Shown: piece after piece, positions 17,451 to 28,122 of the stretch
Layout of the letters: every line of letters begins with the position of its first letter
Position numbering within the stretch: the stretch's first letter is position 1
NCBI GenBank assembly: GCA_040754135.1
Contig: JBFMDG010000001.1
Span: forward strand, 1-38,812
Origin: Verrucomicrobiota bacterium
Lineage (GTDB): Bacteria > Verrucomicrobiota > Verrucomicrobiia > Limisphaerales > SIBE01
Direction of reading: 5' to 3'
DNA: 38,812 bases
Made by a program: the position numbers and the translations under genes
The notes under the pieces: model-generated
What the model saw: the letters and a program-made list of their open reading frames with translations, nothing else
What the model was told of the DNA's origin: nothing
Databases searched by the model: none

Positions 17451-17801
17451 AACCAATGACAGTTTCCACCGGACTTTGGATCCGGTGACCTGGATTTACG
17501 TTGCTTCTGCCCGGGCAGTAAATGGACCGAAAGTGCCATCGGGCTCAAGTCCAAAATAACTGAAAATTTCTGTGCCACCGGCCACTTTGATGTTGCTTGG
17601 AAAAAAGCGCGCTTGTTAGTTTCAGGCCGTATTTCCGCAATGACACAGCGATCGTCGTCGCACGCAGGCCTATGATCAGTGATATGCGCAACGCCGTCCT
17701 CGAAACGAATCCCTGCCGGGCAGGACAGTTACCGACCGGCCGATGGGATAGAACCCAGTTTGCGATCTGATTTTCTAACCTCCCTTCATCAAAGGAACGC
17801 C

Positions 17802-19205
17802 ATGAGCAATTCCAGCAGCAACAACTTTCCCAAACTCCATAACGCCATGTGGCCCGGACTCGTCGGCAAAGGCAGCCCCGGCGCCGAACCATCCATCGAC
17901 CTCGACACCATGCTCGACCTCACCGCCAAAGCCGAAGTCAATGGCGTCAGGTTCGATGGCGTCGATCTCTTTCTCTTCGACCCGCACACCAGCATCGATA
18001 GCAGCGATGATGACTTGAAAAAGCTCGCCGACAAGATCAGCGGCAAAGGCTTCGTCGTCGGTTCGGTGGTCGCGCCGGTCTGGCCGCCGACGGGCGGTGG
18101 ATCGGCGATGGGAAGCGACGACGATCGCAAACGATTTGTCGAGCAGGTGAGGAAAGCCTGCCGCATCGCGCAGAAGCTGCGCGAATTGGGCGTGCGGCCG
18201 TATGGAGTGGTGCGCATCGATTCCGCTTCCGGAGTCGAGGATTGGCTGAAAGATCCCGAAGGCAACCAAAAGAAAATCGCGCAAACATTCGGCGAAGCGT
18301 GTGATGTCGCGGAGAGTTTCGGGGAACGGCTCGCTGCCGAAGGCGAAATCTGCTGGGGCGGCATGCACAGCTGGAAACGCATGGTGCAACTGCTCGAAAT
18401 GGTGAATCGCCCCAAAACGCTCGGGTTCCAGGCCGACATGGCGCACACGCTCCTTTACACCCTCGGATACAATGCGCCCGAGGACGCCATTCTTCCGCAG
18501 GATTTCGATTGGAAAGATGCCGGCAAACTCGATGACGCGTTGCGCACTTTGACGGCGGCGTTGCGCCCGTGGACGATCGATTTTCACGTAGCGCAAAATG
18601 ATGCCACCGTGCATGGCTCGGGCACGCATGACAAGACCGGCCGGCATTGCCAGGTGAATGATCCCAACGGCAAACTGAATATCGCGCATCACGCGGGATT
18701 CTGGCTGCGCGATGCCAAAGGCAAAATCACCAAAGCCTTTCGCCACATTTGCTGGGACGGTTGCATGTTCCCCAACGAAGTGATGATGAAACAGGAGACG
18801 TGGAATAACATTCTCGGCGCCATGATTGCCGTACGCGATGCCCACGGCTGGAGTGAATCTGAAACCAAAGCGCCCAAAGCCGAACAAGGCGCAGCCGCAC
18901 TCGTCCCAAGAACCCCGACAAAAAAGAAAGTTTTCAAACCCGCGGTCAAACCGGGAAAAACAAAAGTCGCGCGCGAAGCTATGGCCGCGAAACCCACGGC
19001 CAGGAAGCCAGCCAAACCTGTTAAAAAAGCGAAGCCTGCCGCGAAGCCTGCCGCGAAACCTGCCAAAAAAGCGGCGAAAAAATCCACAGCAAAACCCGCC
19101 CGCAAAATCGCCCGCGCCAGCGTCAAACGCGTCAAAGCCAAAGCCGCACCAAGCAAGCCTTCGAAAAAACCTGCGGCCAAAAAAGCAGCCAAACGGAAGC
19201 GCTAA
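17802..19205 (+). CDS. Xylose-isomerase-like TIM-barrel (sugar phosphate isomerase/epimerase family) protein with a C-terminal Lys/Ala/Pro-rich histone-H1-like tail
   Basis: ATG 17802 is preceded by AAAGGAA. The body resembles the TIM-barrel family that commonly pairs with Gfo/Idh/MocA genes. The last ~110 aa (about 18865..19202) read [26 protein letters not shown]...[13 protein letters not shown]. Confidence 0.7.
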   Translation: MSNSSSNNFPKLHNAMWPGLVGKGSPGAEPSIDLDTMLDLTAKAEVNGVRFDGVDLFLFDPHTSIDSSDDDLKKLADKISGKGFVVGSVVAPVWPPTGGGSAMGSDDDRKRFVEQVRKACRIAQKLRELGVRPYGVVRIDSASGVEDWLKDPEGNQKKIAQTFGEACDVAESFGERLAAEGEICWGGMHSWKRMVQLLEMVNRPKTLGFQADMAHTLLYTLGYNAPEDAILPQDFDWKDAGKLDDALRTLTAALRPWTIDFHVAQNDATVHGSGTHDKTGRHCQVNDPNGKLNIAHHAGFWLRDAKGKITKAFRHICWDGCMFPNEVMMKQETWNNILGAMIAVRDAHGWSESETKAPKAEQGAAALVPRTPTKKKVFKPAVKPGKTKVAREAMAAKPTARKPAKPVKKAKPAAKPAAKPAKKAAKKSTAKPARKIARASVKRVKAKAAPSKPSKKPAAKKAAKRKR

Positions 19206-19288
19206 ATTGCACACCTCGGCAAACACGTCTCCACTTTTCGACTAGCTGAATTTGCAGTCATTCAACCCTTGGAAATCAAAAAACAGAA

Positions 19289-20434
19289 ATGAAACCTCTT
19301 CGCATCGGACTCATCGGTTACGGCTTCATGGGACGCGCTCACTCGAACGCTTTCCGGAAGGTCGGCAACTTTTTCGATCTCGCATATCAACCCGTCCTCA
19401 AAGCGGTTTGCGCGCGCAATGAAGAAAAGGTCAAATCTTTCGCCGCAAAGTGGGGCTACGAATCGATTGAAACCGACTGGCGCAAGCTGCTCGCGCGCGA
19501 CGATATCGATTTGATCGACATTGCCTGTCCGAACGACATGCATGCCGACATCGCCATGGCTGCCGCCAAAGCCGGGAAAATGATCCTGTGCGAAAAGCCG
19601 CTCGCCTTGAATGGCAAACAGGCGGAAAAAATGGTCGCCGCCGTCCAGAAAGCCAAAGTGCCCAACATGGTTTGGTACAATTACCGCCGCTGTCCGGCCG
19701 TCGTGCTCGCCAAACAACTCATCGACGAAGGCAAGCTTGGAAAAATTTTTCATTACCGCGCCAATTTCCTCCAGGATTGGACGATCAGCCCCGATCTGCC
19801 TCAGGGCGGGACCGCCCTCTGGCGTCTCGATGTCAAAGTGGCCGGCAGCGGCGTCACCGGCGACCTGCTCGCGCATTGTATCGACACGGCCATGTGGCTG
19901 AATGGCGGCATTAAGGACGTCAACGCCATGACGGAAACGTTCATCAAAGAGCGCAAGCACACCTTGACAGGGAAAGTGGAAAAAGTGGGCATTGACGACG
20001 CCTGCGCCTTTCTCTGCCATTTCAACAACGGATCGCTCGGGTTGTTTGAATCGACCCGCTACGCGCGCGGGCACAAAGCGCTCTACACCTTTGAAATCAA
20101 CGGGGAACACGCCTCGATCAAATGGGATCTGCACGACCTTCATCGCTTGCAGTATTTCGATCATCGTGACGAAGGCCGCGTGCGCGGTTGGCGCAGCGTT
20201 CATGTCAGCGACGGGGATCAGCCCTACATGAAGAATTGGTGGGTGCCCGGCCTGCAAATCGGTTACGAGCACAGTTTCGTGCATCAAGTGGCCGATTTCA
20301 TCAAAGGCCTGGAAACCGGCGAAGCTGCCAAACCCGATTTCCAAGATGGGCTGGCCACGGACTACGTGGTCGATGCCGTGCTCGGCTCGGCCAAATCGAA
20401 GAAATGGGTCAAGGTCAAACAGGTTAAGGCTTAA
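19289..20434 (+). CDS. Gfo/Idh/MocA family NAD(P)-dependent oxidoreductase
   Basis: N-terminal Rossmann motif [17 protein letters not shown] and the family-typical EKPLA motif ([10 protein letters not shown]). 381 aa with an ATG start. Confidence 0.9.
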   Translation: MKPLRIGLIGYGFMGRAHSNAFRKVGNFFDLAYQPVLKAVCARNEEKVKSFAAKWGYESIETDWRKLLARDDIDLIDIACPNDMHADIAMAAAKAGKMILCEKPLALNGKQAEKMVAAVQKAKVPNMVWYNYRRCPAVVLAKQLIDEGKLGKIFHYRANFLQDWTISPDLPQGGTALWRLDVKVAGSGVTGDLLAHCIDTAMWLNGGIKDVNAMTETFIKERKHTLTGKVEKVGIDDACAFLCHFNNGSLGLFESTRYARGHKALYTFEINGEHASIKWDLHDLHRLQYFDHRDEGRVRGWRSVHVSDGDQPYMKNWWVPGLQIGYEHSFVHQVADFIKGLETGEAAKPDFQDGLATDYVVDAVLGSAKSKKWVKVKQVKA

Positions 20435-21887
20435 CGCGCGTCACGCGCAACGCGATGTCTTCGAGGTAATCGGGCGAGCGCAGAGTTTGATTTCCGTTCA
20501 GGCAATTGAAATCGTTGTTTTGCTCGACAACGCCAGTGCGTGGATTGATCCAGGCGCTTCGGTAATGGCCGCGGGGAAGTTCCAAATCCATTTCCACGCC
20601 CGTTCCAACATTCACGTAAATCGCATAAGCCTCCCCCGGTTTCGACAGAACCCGGACATCGCTTCCCCCGCCGATCGAAGGGGGCACACCTCGAAATCGC
20701 GCCGCTTTAATTACCGAATGGTCCAGAGACATTTTGACGAAATCGAACCTTTCGATGAATTCCTTCAGAATGCGAAGCTGCCGTCGTAATTCCGGACCGC
20801 CACCGCCGGGAGTGCCTTTTGGGAGCGGGATTGCTGAGCCGTCCGGTCGATCGGTTGTGAAAGAAAAATCGAGGTGATTGTAAACCGAGCCACCCGCGAG
20901 CATGAACCGCCAGCCTTCACTCCGATATTTGCGATCGCTCTGGTCCGATCCGCCCGTTTCGTCAAAAGCAATCGCTTTCCGCAAATTGAAATTGCGCTGA
21001 ACGGCTTCAGGCTTTGCCGCGTGAAAATTGAGCACGGAAATGGCCGGGTGCAGATCCTGGACTGAATCGGGCGACGGCGGAAAACCTTGAGCGATGAGGT
21101 GTTTGTTTGGGAGCGATTCTTCGGTTGCGACGATGGTGTCGATGATGCGGTCATTCCAGCGGCGCGTGAGTCCGCCGCGTTCGTAGGGCTCGTTGCAAAT
21201 TTCAAAGTAAAGATTGTCGAACTCGTTCAGTTCACGCACCAGTTTTTCGACCAGAGCCTGTTGGACGCTCTGCAATGCGGCATCCTGACCGCTGAACACT
21301 TCGTATTTGCCCACATTCCCAAGGCCGAGCGTGTTGTTGCGGCTGTTCATCGGACTGGCATTCCAGACCGCGTCGTCGTACATCGTGCAAAACAAGACGA
21401 GTTCCACAATGATGCCTCTCTGTCGCGCCGCGTAGAGAAAATCTTTGAGCCTCGCGAAGTACTTTTCGTCCCAGCGACTGAGATCAAATTTGTTTCCGCC
21501 ATCGGTTGCGCCGGGAATGGGACTGCGCGGCCAGGGGCAAATGAATCGTCCTGGTGCAGGGGCCAGAGTGTTGCCGGTGATGTTGAATGAACCTGGAACT
21601 TCGCGATACGTGCCGGAAAAAATTCGGGTCAAATTAAACCGATTCGTCGCCAGCACATCAAGATAGCGTTGGTAGTTGAAATCGAGGTTTAGAACCGCTC
21701 CGTAATGCTCTCCCGAAGTGATCAGCACCGACGGTTTCTCGCGCCACAAGAAGTAGTGCGGGTTTTCCGGATGCAAACGAATCGGTTCGGCGGCCGGGCT
21801 TCGGGGGCCGCAAGCGAAAGCGAAAACAAACAGGGTGATAACAAGCGCGAGCAGAGCGTTGGAGTTCCGTTGACAGCAACGGTGCAT
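20424..21887 (-). CDS. Secreted clan GH-A glycoside hydrolase (GH5-like / DUF4038-GH140-like TIM barrel) with a C-terminal beta-sandwich
   Basis: Signal peptide [25 protein letters not shown] fits the GH5 catalytic-acid signature as I recall it. The C-terminal segment (AYAIYVNV...[16 protein letters not shown]) resembles the collagen-binding-like beta domain found after such barrels. Its 3' end overlaps the convergent oxidoreductase gene by 11 nt. Confidence 0.65.
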   Translation of the reverse strand: MHRCCQRNSNALLALVITLFVFAFACGPRSPAAEPIRLHPENPHYFLWREKPSVLITSGEHYGAVLNLDFNYQRYLDVLATNRFNLTRIFSGTYREVPGSFNITGNTLAPAPGRFICPWPRSPIPGATDGGNKFDLSRWDEKYFARLKDFLYAARQRGIIVELVLFCTMYDDAVWNASPMNSRNNTLGLGNVGKYEVFSGQDAALQSVQQALVEKLVRELNEFDNLYFEICNEPYERGGLTRRWNDRIIDTIVATEESLPNKHLIAQGFPPSPDSVQDLHPAISVLNFHAAKPEAVQRNFNLRKAIAFDETGGSDQSDRKYRSEGWRFMLAGGSVYNHLDFSFTTDRPDGSAIPLPKGTPGGGGPELRRQLRILKEFIERFDFVKMSLDHSVIKAARFRGVPPSIGGGSDVRVLSKPGEAYAIYVNVGTGVEMDLELPRGHYRSAWINPRTGVVEQNNDFNCLNGNQTLRSPDYLEDIALRVTRVKP

Positions 21888-22067
21888 GTCCAGAGCTGAG
21901 CGCGGTCAGGACGCGCTGGCAAGAGGCAAAGTTAGAGATCCAAGGTTATCAGCATTTCAAGGTCGCGTTTTTGTCAGAGCGTGCGCCGTCCGAACGGACC
22001 GAAGTTCGAAGTTCGGGAGGCCACTTGACCCTGCATTGAGCGTCCCCTAGTATTGCGGCGTTCGAAA

Positions 22068-23027
22068 ATGAAATATTTTTTTCTGCTTTTGCTTGGTGTG
22101 CTCGGGTTGAGTCCGCTCACGCGGGCGCAACCGAAACTGGCCAATGGCGTTGCGGTGATTGTCAACGACGTGGTGATCACCTACAAGGACGTGCAAAACC
22201 TCATTACGCGGGATTTGGAATTTTTGGAGAGGCGCTACGCCGGCCAGCCCAAAATGCTCGAACAAAAAATCAACGAGCTGACGAAGGAACGCATCGAGGA
22301 ACTGGTCGAATCCCAACTGATCCTCCACGAGTTTGAAACCAAGGGCCATAAACTCCCCGAGAGCTACATCGAAGCCCGCATCAATCAGGATATTCGCGCT
22401 CATGGCGACCGCCTGACGCTGACCAAGACGCTGCAATCGCAAGGCTTAACTTACGAAGCCTACCGGAAAAAAGTGCGCGAGAACATCATCGTCGAAGCCA
22501 TGTGGCGTCATAACATTTCGGATGAAGTCCTGATTTCGCCGCACAAGATTGAAATGTATTACGTCGAGAACAAGGAGAAGTTCAAGGTGGACGAGCAGGT
22601 CAAGCTGCGGATGATCGTGCTGACCAATCGCCCCAATGACAAACTGTTTTCGCCCACAAAAATGGCGCAGGAAATTGTTCAGAAAGTGAAGGACGGGGCG
22701 CCGTTCGCCGAAATGGCCAAGATTTACTCGCAAGGTTCCCAGGCGGTCGAAGGCGGCGATTGGGGCTGGGTGGAAAAACAAGTGTTGCGCAAGGATCTCT
22801 CCGAAAAAGCTTTTGGCATGAAACCCGGCGAACTCGCGCTCGTCGAGTCCACCGAAGCCGCCTATATCATGCTGGTCGAGAACCGGCAGCCCGCCCATAT
22901 CAAATCGCTCTCGGAAGTGCGCGAAGAAATCGAATCAACTCTGAAAGCGGAAGAAAACAAACGGCTCCGCAAGAAGTGGCTCGACCGTCTCCGCACCAAA
23001 TCGTTCATTCAGTATTTCGTGCTTTAA
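22068..23027 (+). CDS. SurA-like periplasmic chaperone / parvulin-type peptidyl-prolyl isomerase
   Basis: Signal peptide MKYFFLLLLGVLGLSPLTRAQP, a SurA_N-like helical region, and a PpiC/parvulin domain (APFAEMAKIYSQGSQAVEGGDWGWVEK...GELALVESTEAAYIMLVE). I prefer ATG 22068 over the TTG at 22053. It sits directly upstream of pdxA, as in the classical surA-pdxA arrangement. Confidence 0.8.
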   Translation: MKYFFLLLLGVLGLSPLTRAQPKLANGVAVIVNDVVITYKDVQNLITRDLEFLERRYAGQPKMLEQKINELTKERIEELVESQLILHEFETKGHKLPESYIEARINQDIRAHGDRLTLTKTLQSQGLTYEAYRKKVRENIIVEAMWRHNISDEVLISPHKIEMYYVENKEKFKVDEQVKLRMIVLTNRPNDKLFSPTKMAQEIVQKVKDGAPFAEMAKIYSQGSQAVEGGDWGWVEKQVLRKDLSEKAFGMKPGELALVESTEAAYIMLVENRQPAHIKSLSEVREEIESTLKAEENKRLRKKWLDRLRTKSFIQYFVL

Positions 23028-23123
23028 ATCGTTGAAGCGCGTGTGCGGCTCTGTCCGCACCACGGGTTGGGTTGGTTGCCCGTACATTGCGGCGATTTCG
23101 CTCCGCGCATCCGCATCATCACC

Positions 23124-24113
23124 ATGACCGGCTGGATTGGCATTTCTATCGGAGACGTCACTGGCATTGGCCCGGAGGTCACTTTGAAGGCGCTGGCGGC
23201 GAAGACTGCGTGGAACGGAACGCGGTTTTTGTTGATTGGAGATTCGGGGCATTTGCGACGATTGAATGCGCAGCTCGGGTTGAATTTGCCCCTGCAATGC
23301 TACGAGGGCCCCGAAGGCGTTGGCCGCTATTTTCTTCTGGATCCACTGCCGCCTTTGCGCGGGGAATTGGTGGCGGGTTCTCCGGCCGCGGCCCGAGCCG
23401 CTCTGGCCTGGTTGAAGGAAGGAGCGGAACGATGTCTTCGCCAGGAACTCGATGCTCTGGTGACCGCGCCGGTGAACAAGGAAGCGATTCTCCGGCTCGG
23501 CCACCCTTTTATCGGCCAAACGGAATTCCTGTCCGAAATTTCCGGAACGTCGCGAACCGCCATGATGCTCGTCGGTGACGATGGCGCTGGACATTGGCTG
23601 CGCGTCGCTCTCGTCACCACGCACGTGCCAATCAAATTCGTCTCGGATCAATTGACTCAATCCAAAATCGAAATGGTCATCGAATTGGCCGCGCAAGCCT
23701 GCCGTGATTTGGACCTTCCTCGAGCGCGCATCGGGGTCTGCGGACTGAATCCGCACGCCGGTGAAGGGGGCGAATTAGGCACTGAAGATCAAGAGCTGAT
23801 TGCGCCGGCCGTTGCCGCAATGGCCAAACGCAATGCGGATGTTTCGGGGCCATGGGCTGCGGACACCCTTTTCTATTACGCCTATCACGGAGAGTACGAT
23901 GCGGTGGTGGCGATGTACCACGATCAAGGTTTGGTGCCTTTGAAAATGATCGGTTTCGAACGAGGAGTGAATTGGACATTGGGATTGCCCTTCGTTCGCA
24001 CCTCACCAGACCATGGCACGGCCTACAACATTGCCGGGATGGGCAAAGCGAATCCTTCGAGTATGCAAGCGGCTATGGCGCTGGCCATGCAACTTGCGCG
24101 GCACGGCCGGTGA
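23124..24113 (+). CDS. pdxA: 4-hydroxythreonine-4-phosphate dehydrogenase
   Basis: PdxA motifs GDVTGIGPEV, NPHAGEGG, AMYHDQGLVPLK and RTSPDHGTAYNIAG. I chose the start at ATG 23124 (MTGWIGISIGD); the track ORF begins at an upstream GTG. Confidence 0.93.
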   Translation: MTGWIGISIGDVTGIGPEVTLKALAAKTAWNGTRFLLIGDSGHLRRLNAQLGLNLPLQCYEGPEGVGRYFLLDPLPPLRGELVAGSPAAARAALAWLKEGAERCLRQELDALVTAPVNKEAILRLGHPFIGQTEFLSEISGTSRTAMMLVGDDGAGHWLRVALVTTHVPIKFVSDQLTQSKIEMVIELAAQACRDLDLPRARIGVCGLNPHAGEGGELGTEDQELIAPAVAAMAKRNADVSGPWAADTLFYYAYHGEYDAVVAMYHDQGLVPLKMIGFERGVNWTLGLPFVRTSPDHGTAYNIAGMGKANPSSMQAAMALAMQLARHGR

Positions 24114-24218
24114 GCCTCCCTCCATCTCCATGCTCCCGCTTCAGGCCTCCGCTCACGTGAAGTCGAAGCACAGCATTCCAATCCCGGTTCTCCTGATTTA
24201 CGTGACCCTGCGCCTTCG

Positions 24219-27200
24219 TTATTCGAATGCGACCGTTATCTCGCGGGCATTCGCCGGGATCACTGTTTTTGTTTCCCGGCCGCCGGGCCATCGCACCCAG
24301 AGATGCGTCGCTTCTCGAGGCAATGTCATGACCTGCACTGGATCATCGGCGGACCAATAGCCGGAACCAGCGTGGATTTCGCGCGCTGGTCCCCAAATGC
24401 CAGCGCCTTGCCAGCGCAACGTGGCGCCAATCCCGCGCGGATTCCCCGGCAGACCACGTAAACGAATGCGAACCCCGCGACGCGAACTTTCATTCTGGAA
24501 AAGCTTCGTCGTTGCACCGTTCTGCGTCACCACCAGATCCACACGGCCGTCTCCGTTGAAATCGGACAATGCACAACCGCGCTGTTCTCCATAAACCAAA
24601 ATGCCGGATTCCTGGCCGGGCACCGATTCGAAATTCCCACTCCCATTTCCGCGCAGCCAAAGCCCGCGTCCAGCGTCGTTCCGCCACGCGTCGGGACTCA
24701 CTGCAAATAAGTTCTGGCTTAAGAACAGATCTTCGAACCCATCGCTATCGAAATCGCCAACCGCAATCCCGAACGCCGGAGCAAATTGCGCCTCTGCCGG
24801 AAGCGGGATCGCTTCAAAGCGCGAACCGCGATTGAGAAAAATCATCGATGCAAGCGTCGTCACTTCCCATCGGCGGGCACTTTTGAGCTGATCCCGAAAA
24901 AGATCTTCAACACCTGCTCGGCCAAAGGCGGCAAACGTCGTCACAGTTTCCTGCAGCAGCGGAAAGGCGGCACTGAACGCTTTGAACCCGCGTTCGGGCA
25001 CGTATTTCTGCATCCGCTCGTTACGATAACTTTCGATCAGATCGAATGTGCCGTTCTCATCGAAATCCCCGTACTCCACGCGTCGCGGTTGCGCGGGTGA
25101 GGCCGGGTACTTGTGGTTCAGCCCCCAGTTGGATGCGACGATGTCCAATCTTCCATCTCTATCGAAATCGCCTGTGGTCACACCATTCCACCAGCCGGTA
25201 AATGCGGAAAGGCCAAGTTGATCCGTGACCTCTTTGAACTCGCTGACTCCCGCGGCGCCGGCGCTGTTCTGGCGCAAGACGCGAACCGGCCCCCAATCAC
25301 AAGCGAGGACAAGTTCGACTCGGCCATCACCATCCAAATCGCTGAAGACTGCGCCACTCACCAGCCCCAAACTCGTGGCTCCGCTCCACCGTTGTTGGAC
25401 AACAAATCGCCCTCGCTCATTGCGCATGAGCAGCGAAACCGCAGGCTCGGGATATCGGCCTGCCACCGAACGGCCCCCGATAAACAAATCCAGATCGCCA
25501 TCGAGATCGACATCAGCGAATGCCAGCGGGCCCGTGCAGGAGGAAGGGCCGAGAATGCTTTCGCCGGAAATTTTACGGTTCAGATCAATAATGGCGATGT
25601 GACCTCCGTTCGTGGAGCCATCCTCGTAATTGGACAGACCGACGAACACCGTCGAGCCAAAGCCAACGATGCCGGTTTGATCTCGACCTGCGATCCGGTG
25701 GAATGGCGCTTCGCTGATAGGAGTGAAGCCTCCTTTGGTGTCGTTGCGAAAGACACTGATTTTTCCGCCGCGCCCGGTTCCGATGACCAGATCAGGCCAT
25801 TCATCACTATCGAGGTCATGCCACGCCACGCCGGGCCCGAGTTGACTGAGGCGATAGGACAACAGCGGCTGCCGCTCAAAATCATCAAAAGGATCTTCAT
25901 GATGATCATGCCTGAGCAAATCGCTGGCGTCCTTGAAAATGGCAGTTTTGACGGGGTTCGATTCTGACGCGATTAAACCGCCATCGGCTGCTTGCGTTTC
26001 TGCTTCGGCAATTTGGTAGATGCGATTCGGCATCGCATTGGTGACGAGACTCCGGTTTCCATTGCGCCAGACAACTTGAATGGCCATGGGGTTCGTGCTT
26101 GTTCCCGTGGCAAACGTGCGAATGGGGTCGTCGCTGGCCAGGTAACGCCCGCCGGAAATCATCTGTTGCGATTGCGTGACGGGGCCGCCTGTGACCGTGA
26201 TTTTGGCGCCGATTCCCGCGGTGTTTGTCATGCCTTTGAGCCGGACGGAAAGCCGCGGCGCTGAAGTTTCATTTCGGTAAATCCCCGCCGCATCATTAAG
26301 ATTATTCACCGCCAGATCGATGTCTCCATCATTGTCCAAATCGGCCAGCGCCATGCCGTGCGCCACACTCACGGTCTGAAATCCCCAGAGCTCGCTGACC
26401 CTTTCGAAGGTCAAGTCGCCGCGGTTCCGAAAAGCGACATTTGGCAGCACATGTCGATCGAACATTTTGCGGAGTTTCAGCTGTTCCAGGGGAGTGAGTT
26501 TCGTTTGCGATTTGATGACTTCAGCCTCTTGCGTGACGTCGGCATTCATGGCGTCGATTTCATGGCCGGTCGTGATGAGGAGATCTTCATAACCATCGAG
26601 GTCCACATCAAGGAACGCGGACGTCCACGACCATTCGGTGGCATTGACACCGCTGAAGCAGCCAATTTCGGCGTAGGTGTGGTCGCCGCGATTGAGGAAC
26701 AAAGTATTCCTGGAATATTGGGGACGATTTCGGATTTCGCCGATGGGCAGCATTACCGGTTTCATGTCCCCTATTTGCACCTGACGCTTCTGATGGTCGG
26801 GACTGAGCATGTCCACGACGAAAAAATCGTCGAACCCGTCGCGATTAATATCCGCAAAATCGACTCCCATCGAGAAGATGCTTGTGGAACGCACGGCTAA
26901 AGCGGGCAACGCTTTAAATCGGCCATTGCCAGTGTTGAGCCAGATGCGGTCTGGCGAATGGAAATCGTTGCAGACATAAATGTCCGGGGCACGGTCGCCG
27001 TTCATGTCGCGAAGCATCACGGATAGGCCCCAATCGTATGGAGGCGAGCGCAGGGCGTTTCCATGTTCGTCCAGAAATCGCCCATCGGTCCAGGAAACTG
27101 CGGTCATGCGGCCGCGGCCGTCATTCAGAAAAAGCGCATCGGCTTCGCCCTGCTCTTCGAGGCCATGCTTCGGATGCACGGTAAATCGACCGACCAAATC

Positions 27201-27950
27201 CGGAGCCGTCGCTGGACGGCCATCCACAGCCACCACGCGAGGATGACCGTCAATATTTTCAATCGTGAGTTTGGCATTGGGCCGATCGCGAATGGACCAG
27301 ACGCGATAGTTGGTCACATACAAGTCGAGATCGCCATCGGCATCGATATCTGCGAGGGCGCTGGACATGCCTGCTTTGTTCACGTTCAGCGGCGGATCGT
27401 ATGCTTCTCGTGTAAAGCGGCCCTTCCCATCGTTCATGTAAATAAACGTCCCGTCCGCAACCGAGTTGACGATGAGGTCAAGGTCCGAGTCGCCATCCAA
27501 ATCTGCCAATGCCGCGGCCGTTGCCAATAATCCCGGACAAGCCACACCCGCAGCTTCGGTCACATCTTCGAACTTCCAAGCTCCGGCATTTCGATAAAGC
27601 ACATTGGGAGCGTCGAGATTGCAAAAATAAAGGTCCGTAAGCCCATCGCCATCGATGTCGCCCGCGGCGACCCCTGATCCATTGAGCAGCATCGAGTTTG
27701 TGATCCAATGCGCTTCCGAAAGCACGTTGGTGAAGCGAATGCCGGTGCCGGCAGGATCGAGCAAGGTAAAACCAGCACGCCCGGTCGGACGAGGGTTGAG
27801 TTCGGCATAGCGTAAACCGCTCGCGGATTTCCAATGCAACGCCTGCACTGGTTGAACGCTCTCGGCTGCGGTGAGGCCAAATGGTCCTCGCACAATCCAG
27901 CAAACAACAATCAGAGCGAACAGGAATCGAGAACGAGGCAAGGCCGGCAT
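24219..27950 (-). CDS. Secreted CRTAC1-like protein with two consecutive units of FG-GAP/VCBS beta-propeller plus ASPIC/UnbV
   Basis: About 14 Ca-binding FG-GAP loops (GDIDGDGLTDLYFCN, ADLDGDSDLDLIVNS, ADIDADGDLDLYVTN and others). Two UnbV/ASPIC-like segments: GIGAKITVTGGPVTQSQQMISGGRYLASDD and GIGATLRWQGAG...HAGSGYWSADD. I chose ATG 27950 (MPALPRSRFLFALIVVCWIV, signal-like); the track start at 28001 is GTG. Confidence 0.85.
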   Translation of the reverse strand: MPALPRSRFLFALIVVCWIVRGPFGLTAAESVQPVQALHWKSASGLRYAELNPRPTGRAGFTLLDPAGTGIRFTNVLSEAHWITNSMLLNGSGVAAGDIDGDGLTDLYFCNLDAPNVLYRNAGAWKFEDVTEAAGVACPGLLATAAALADLDGDSDLDLIVNSVADGTFIYMNDGKGRFTREAYDPPLNVNKAGMSSALADIDADGDLDLYVTNYRVWSIRDRPNAKLTIENIDGHPRVVAVDGRPATAPDLVGRFTVHPKHGLEEQGEADALFLNDGRGRMTAVSWTDGRFLDEHGNALRSPPYDWGLSVMLRDMNGDRAPDIYVCNDFHSPDRIWLNTGNGRFKALPALAVRSTSIFSMGVDFADINRDGFDDFFVVDMLSPDHQKRQVQIGDMKPVMLPIGEIRNRPQYSRNTLFLNRGDHTYAEIGCFSGVNATEWSWTSAFLDVDLDGYEDLLITTGHEIDAMNADVTQEAEVIKSQTKLTPLEQLKLRKMFDRHVLPNVAFRNRGDLTFERVSELWGFQTVSVAHGMALADLDNDGDIDLAVNNLNDAAGIYRNETSAPRLSVRLKGMTNTAGIGAKITVTGGPVTQSQQMISGGRYLASDDPIRTFATGTSTNPMAIQVVWRNGNRSLVTNAMPNRIYQIAEAETQAADGGLIASESNPVKTAIFKDASDLLRHDHHEDPFDDFERQPLLSYRLSQLGPGVAWHDLDSDEWPDLVIGTGRGGKISVFRNDTKGGFTPISEAPFHRIAGRDQTGIVGFGSTVFVGLSNYEDGSTNGGHIAIIDLNRKISGESILGPSSCTGPLAFADVDLDGDLDLFIGGRSVAGRYPEPAVSLLMRNERGRFVVQQRWSGATSLGLVSGAVFSDLDGDGRVELVLACDWGPVRVLRQNSAGAAGVSEFKEVTDQLGLSAFTGWWNGVTTGDFDRDGRLDIVASNWGLNHKYPASPAQPRRVEYGDFDENGTFDLIESYRNERMQKYVPERGFKAFSAAFPLLQETVTTFAAFGRAGVEDLFRDQLKSARRWEVTTLASMIFLNRGSRFEAIPLPAEAQFAPAFGIAVGDFDSDGFEDLFLSQNLFAVSPDAWRNDAGRGLWLRGNGSGNFESVPGQESGILVYGEQRGCALSDFNGDGRVDLVVTQNGATTKLFQNESSRRGVRIRLRGLPGNPRGIGATLRWQGAGIWGPAREIHAGSGYWSADDPVQVMTLPREATHLWVRWPGGRETKTVIPANAREITVAFE

Positions 27951-28122
27951 GGAGAACTCAGAAGCGAATCGCGCGAAAAAAACGACAACCGCCCTGGGCA
28001 CTCTGCGGCTCGGGACAAGACGGATTCAAAACCGGATTCACGCGGTGCCAATGTGCCAGAGTCAATGATGAGGGTCCAAGAAGAAATTCGCGCACAGAAA
28101 AGGAGCGATCAGGGCGGCCTGT

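Noticed and set aside
17775-20344. Minus-strand ORFs of 483 aa (17775..19226) and 360 aa (19262..20344)
   Set aside because: They are antisense to the TIM-barrel and Gfo/Idh/MocA genes, whose frames carry clear family motifs. The antisense translations are repetitive (FGRF/RGRL runs mirror the KPAA tail) and lack motifs.
20424-20434. The 11-nt 3'-3' overlap of the oxidoreductase and glycosidase genes as a regulatory feature
   Set aside because: Short convergent overlaps are common in compact genomes, and there is no supporting structure. I note it only as a coordinate detail.
22068-24113. surA-like/pdxA adjacency as something unusual
   Set aside because: This is a classical conserved linkage (surA-pdxA in Proteobacteria) and ordinary housekeeping context.
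25945-25965. T-loop-like GGTTCGATTC (also GGTTCGAAC near 5711), considered as tRNA fragments
   Set aside because: Both lie inside well-supported CDSs, and no flanking acceptor, D or anticodon arm structure could be built. I found no tRNA in any intergenic gap.
25113-27530. Plus-strand ORFs (284 aa, 180 aa, 155 aa) within 24219..27950; similar plus-strand ORFs occur within 34558..38250 and 30173..34219
   Set aside because: All are antisense to frames with repeated FG-GAP, UnbV or CBM-like motifs. This is a GC-rich shadow-ORF effect.
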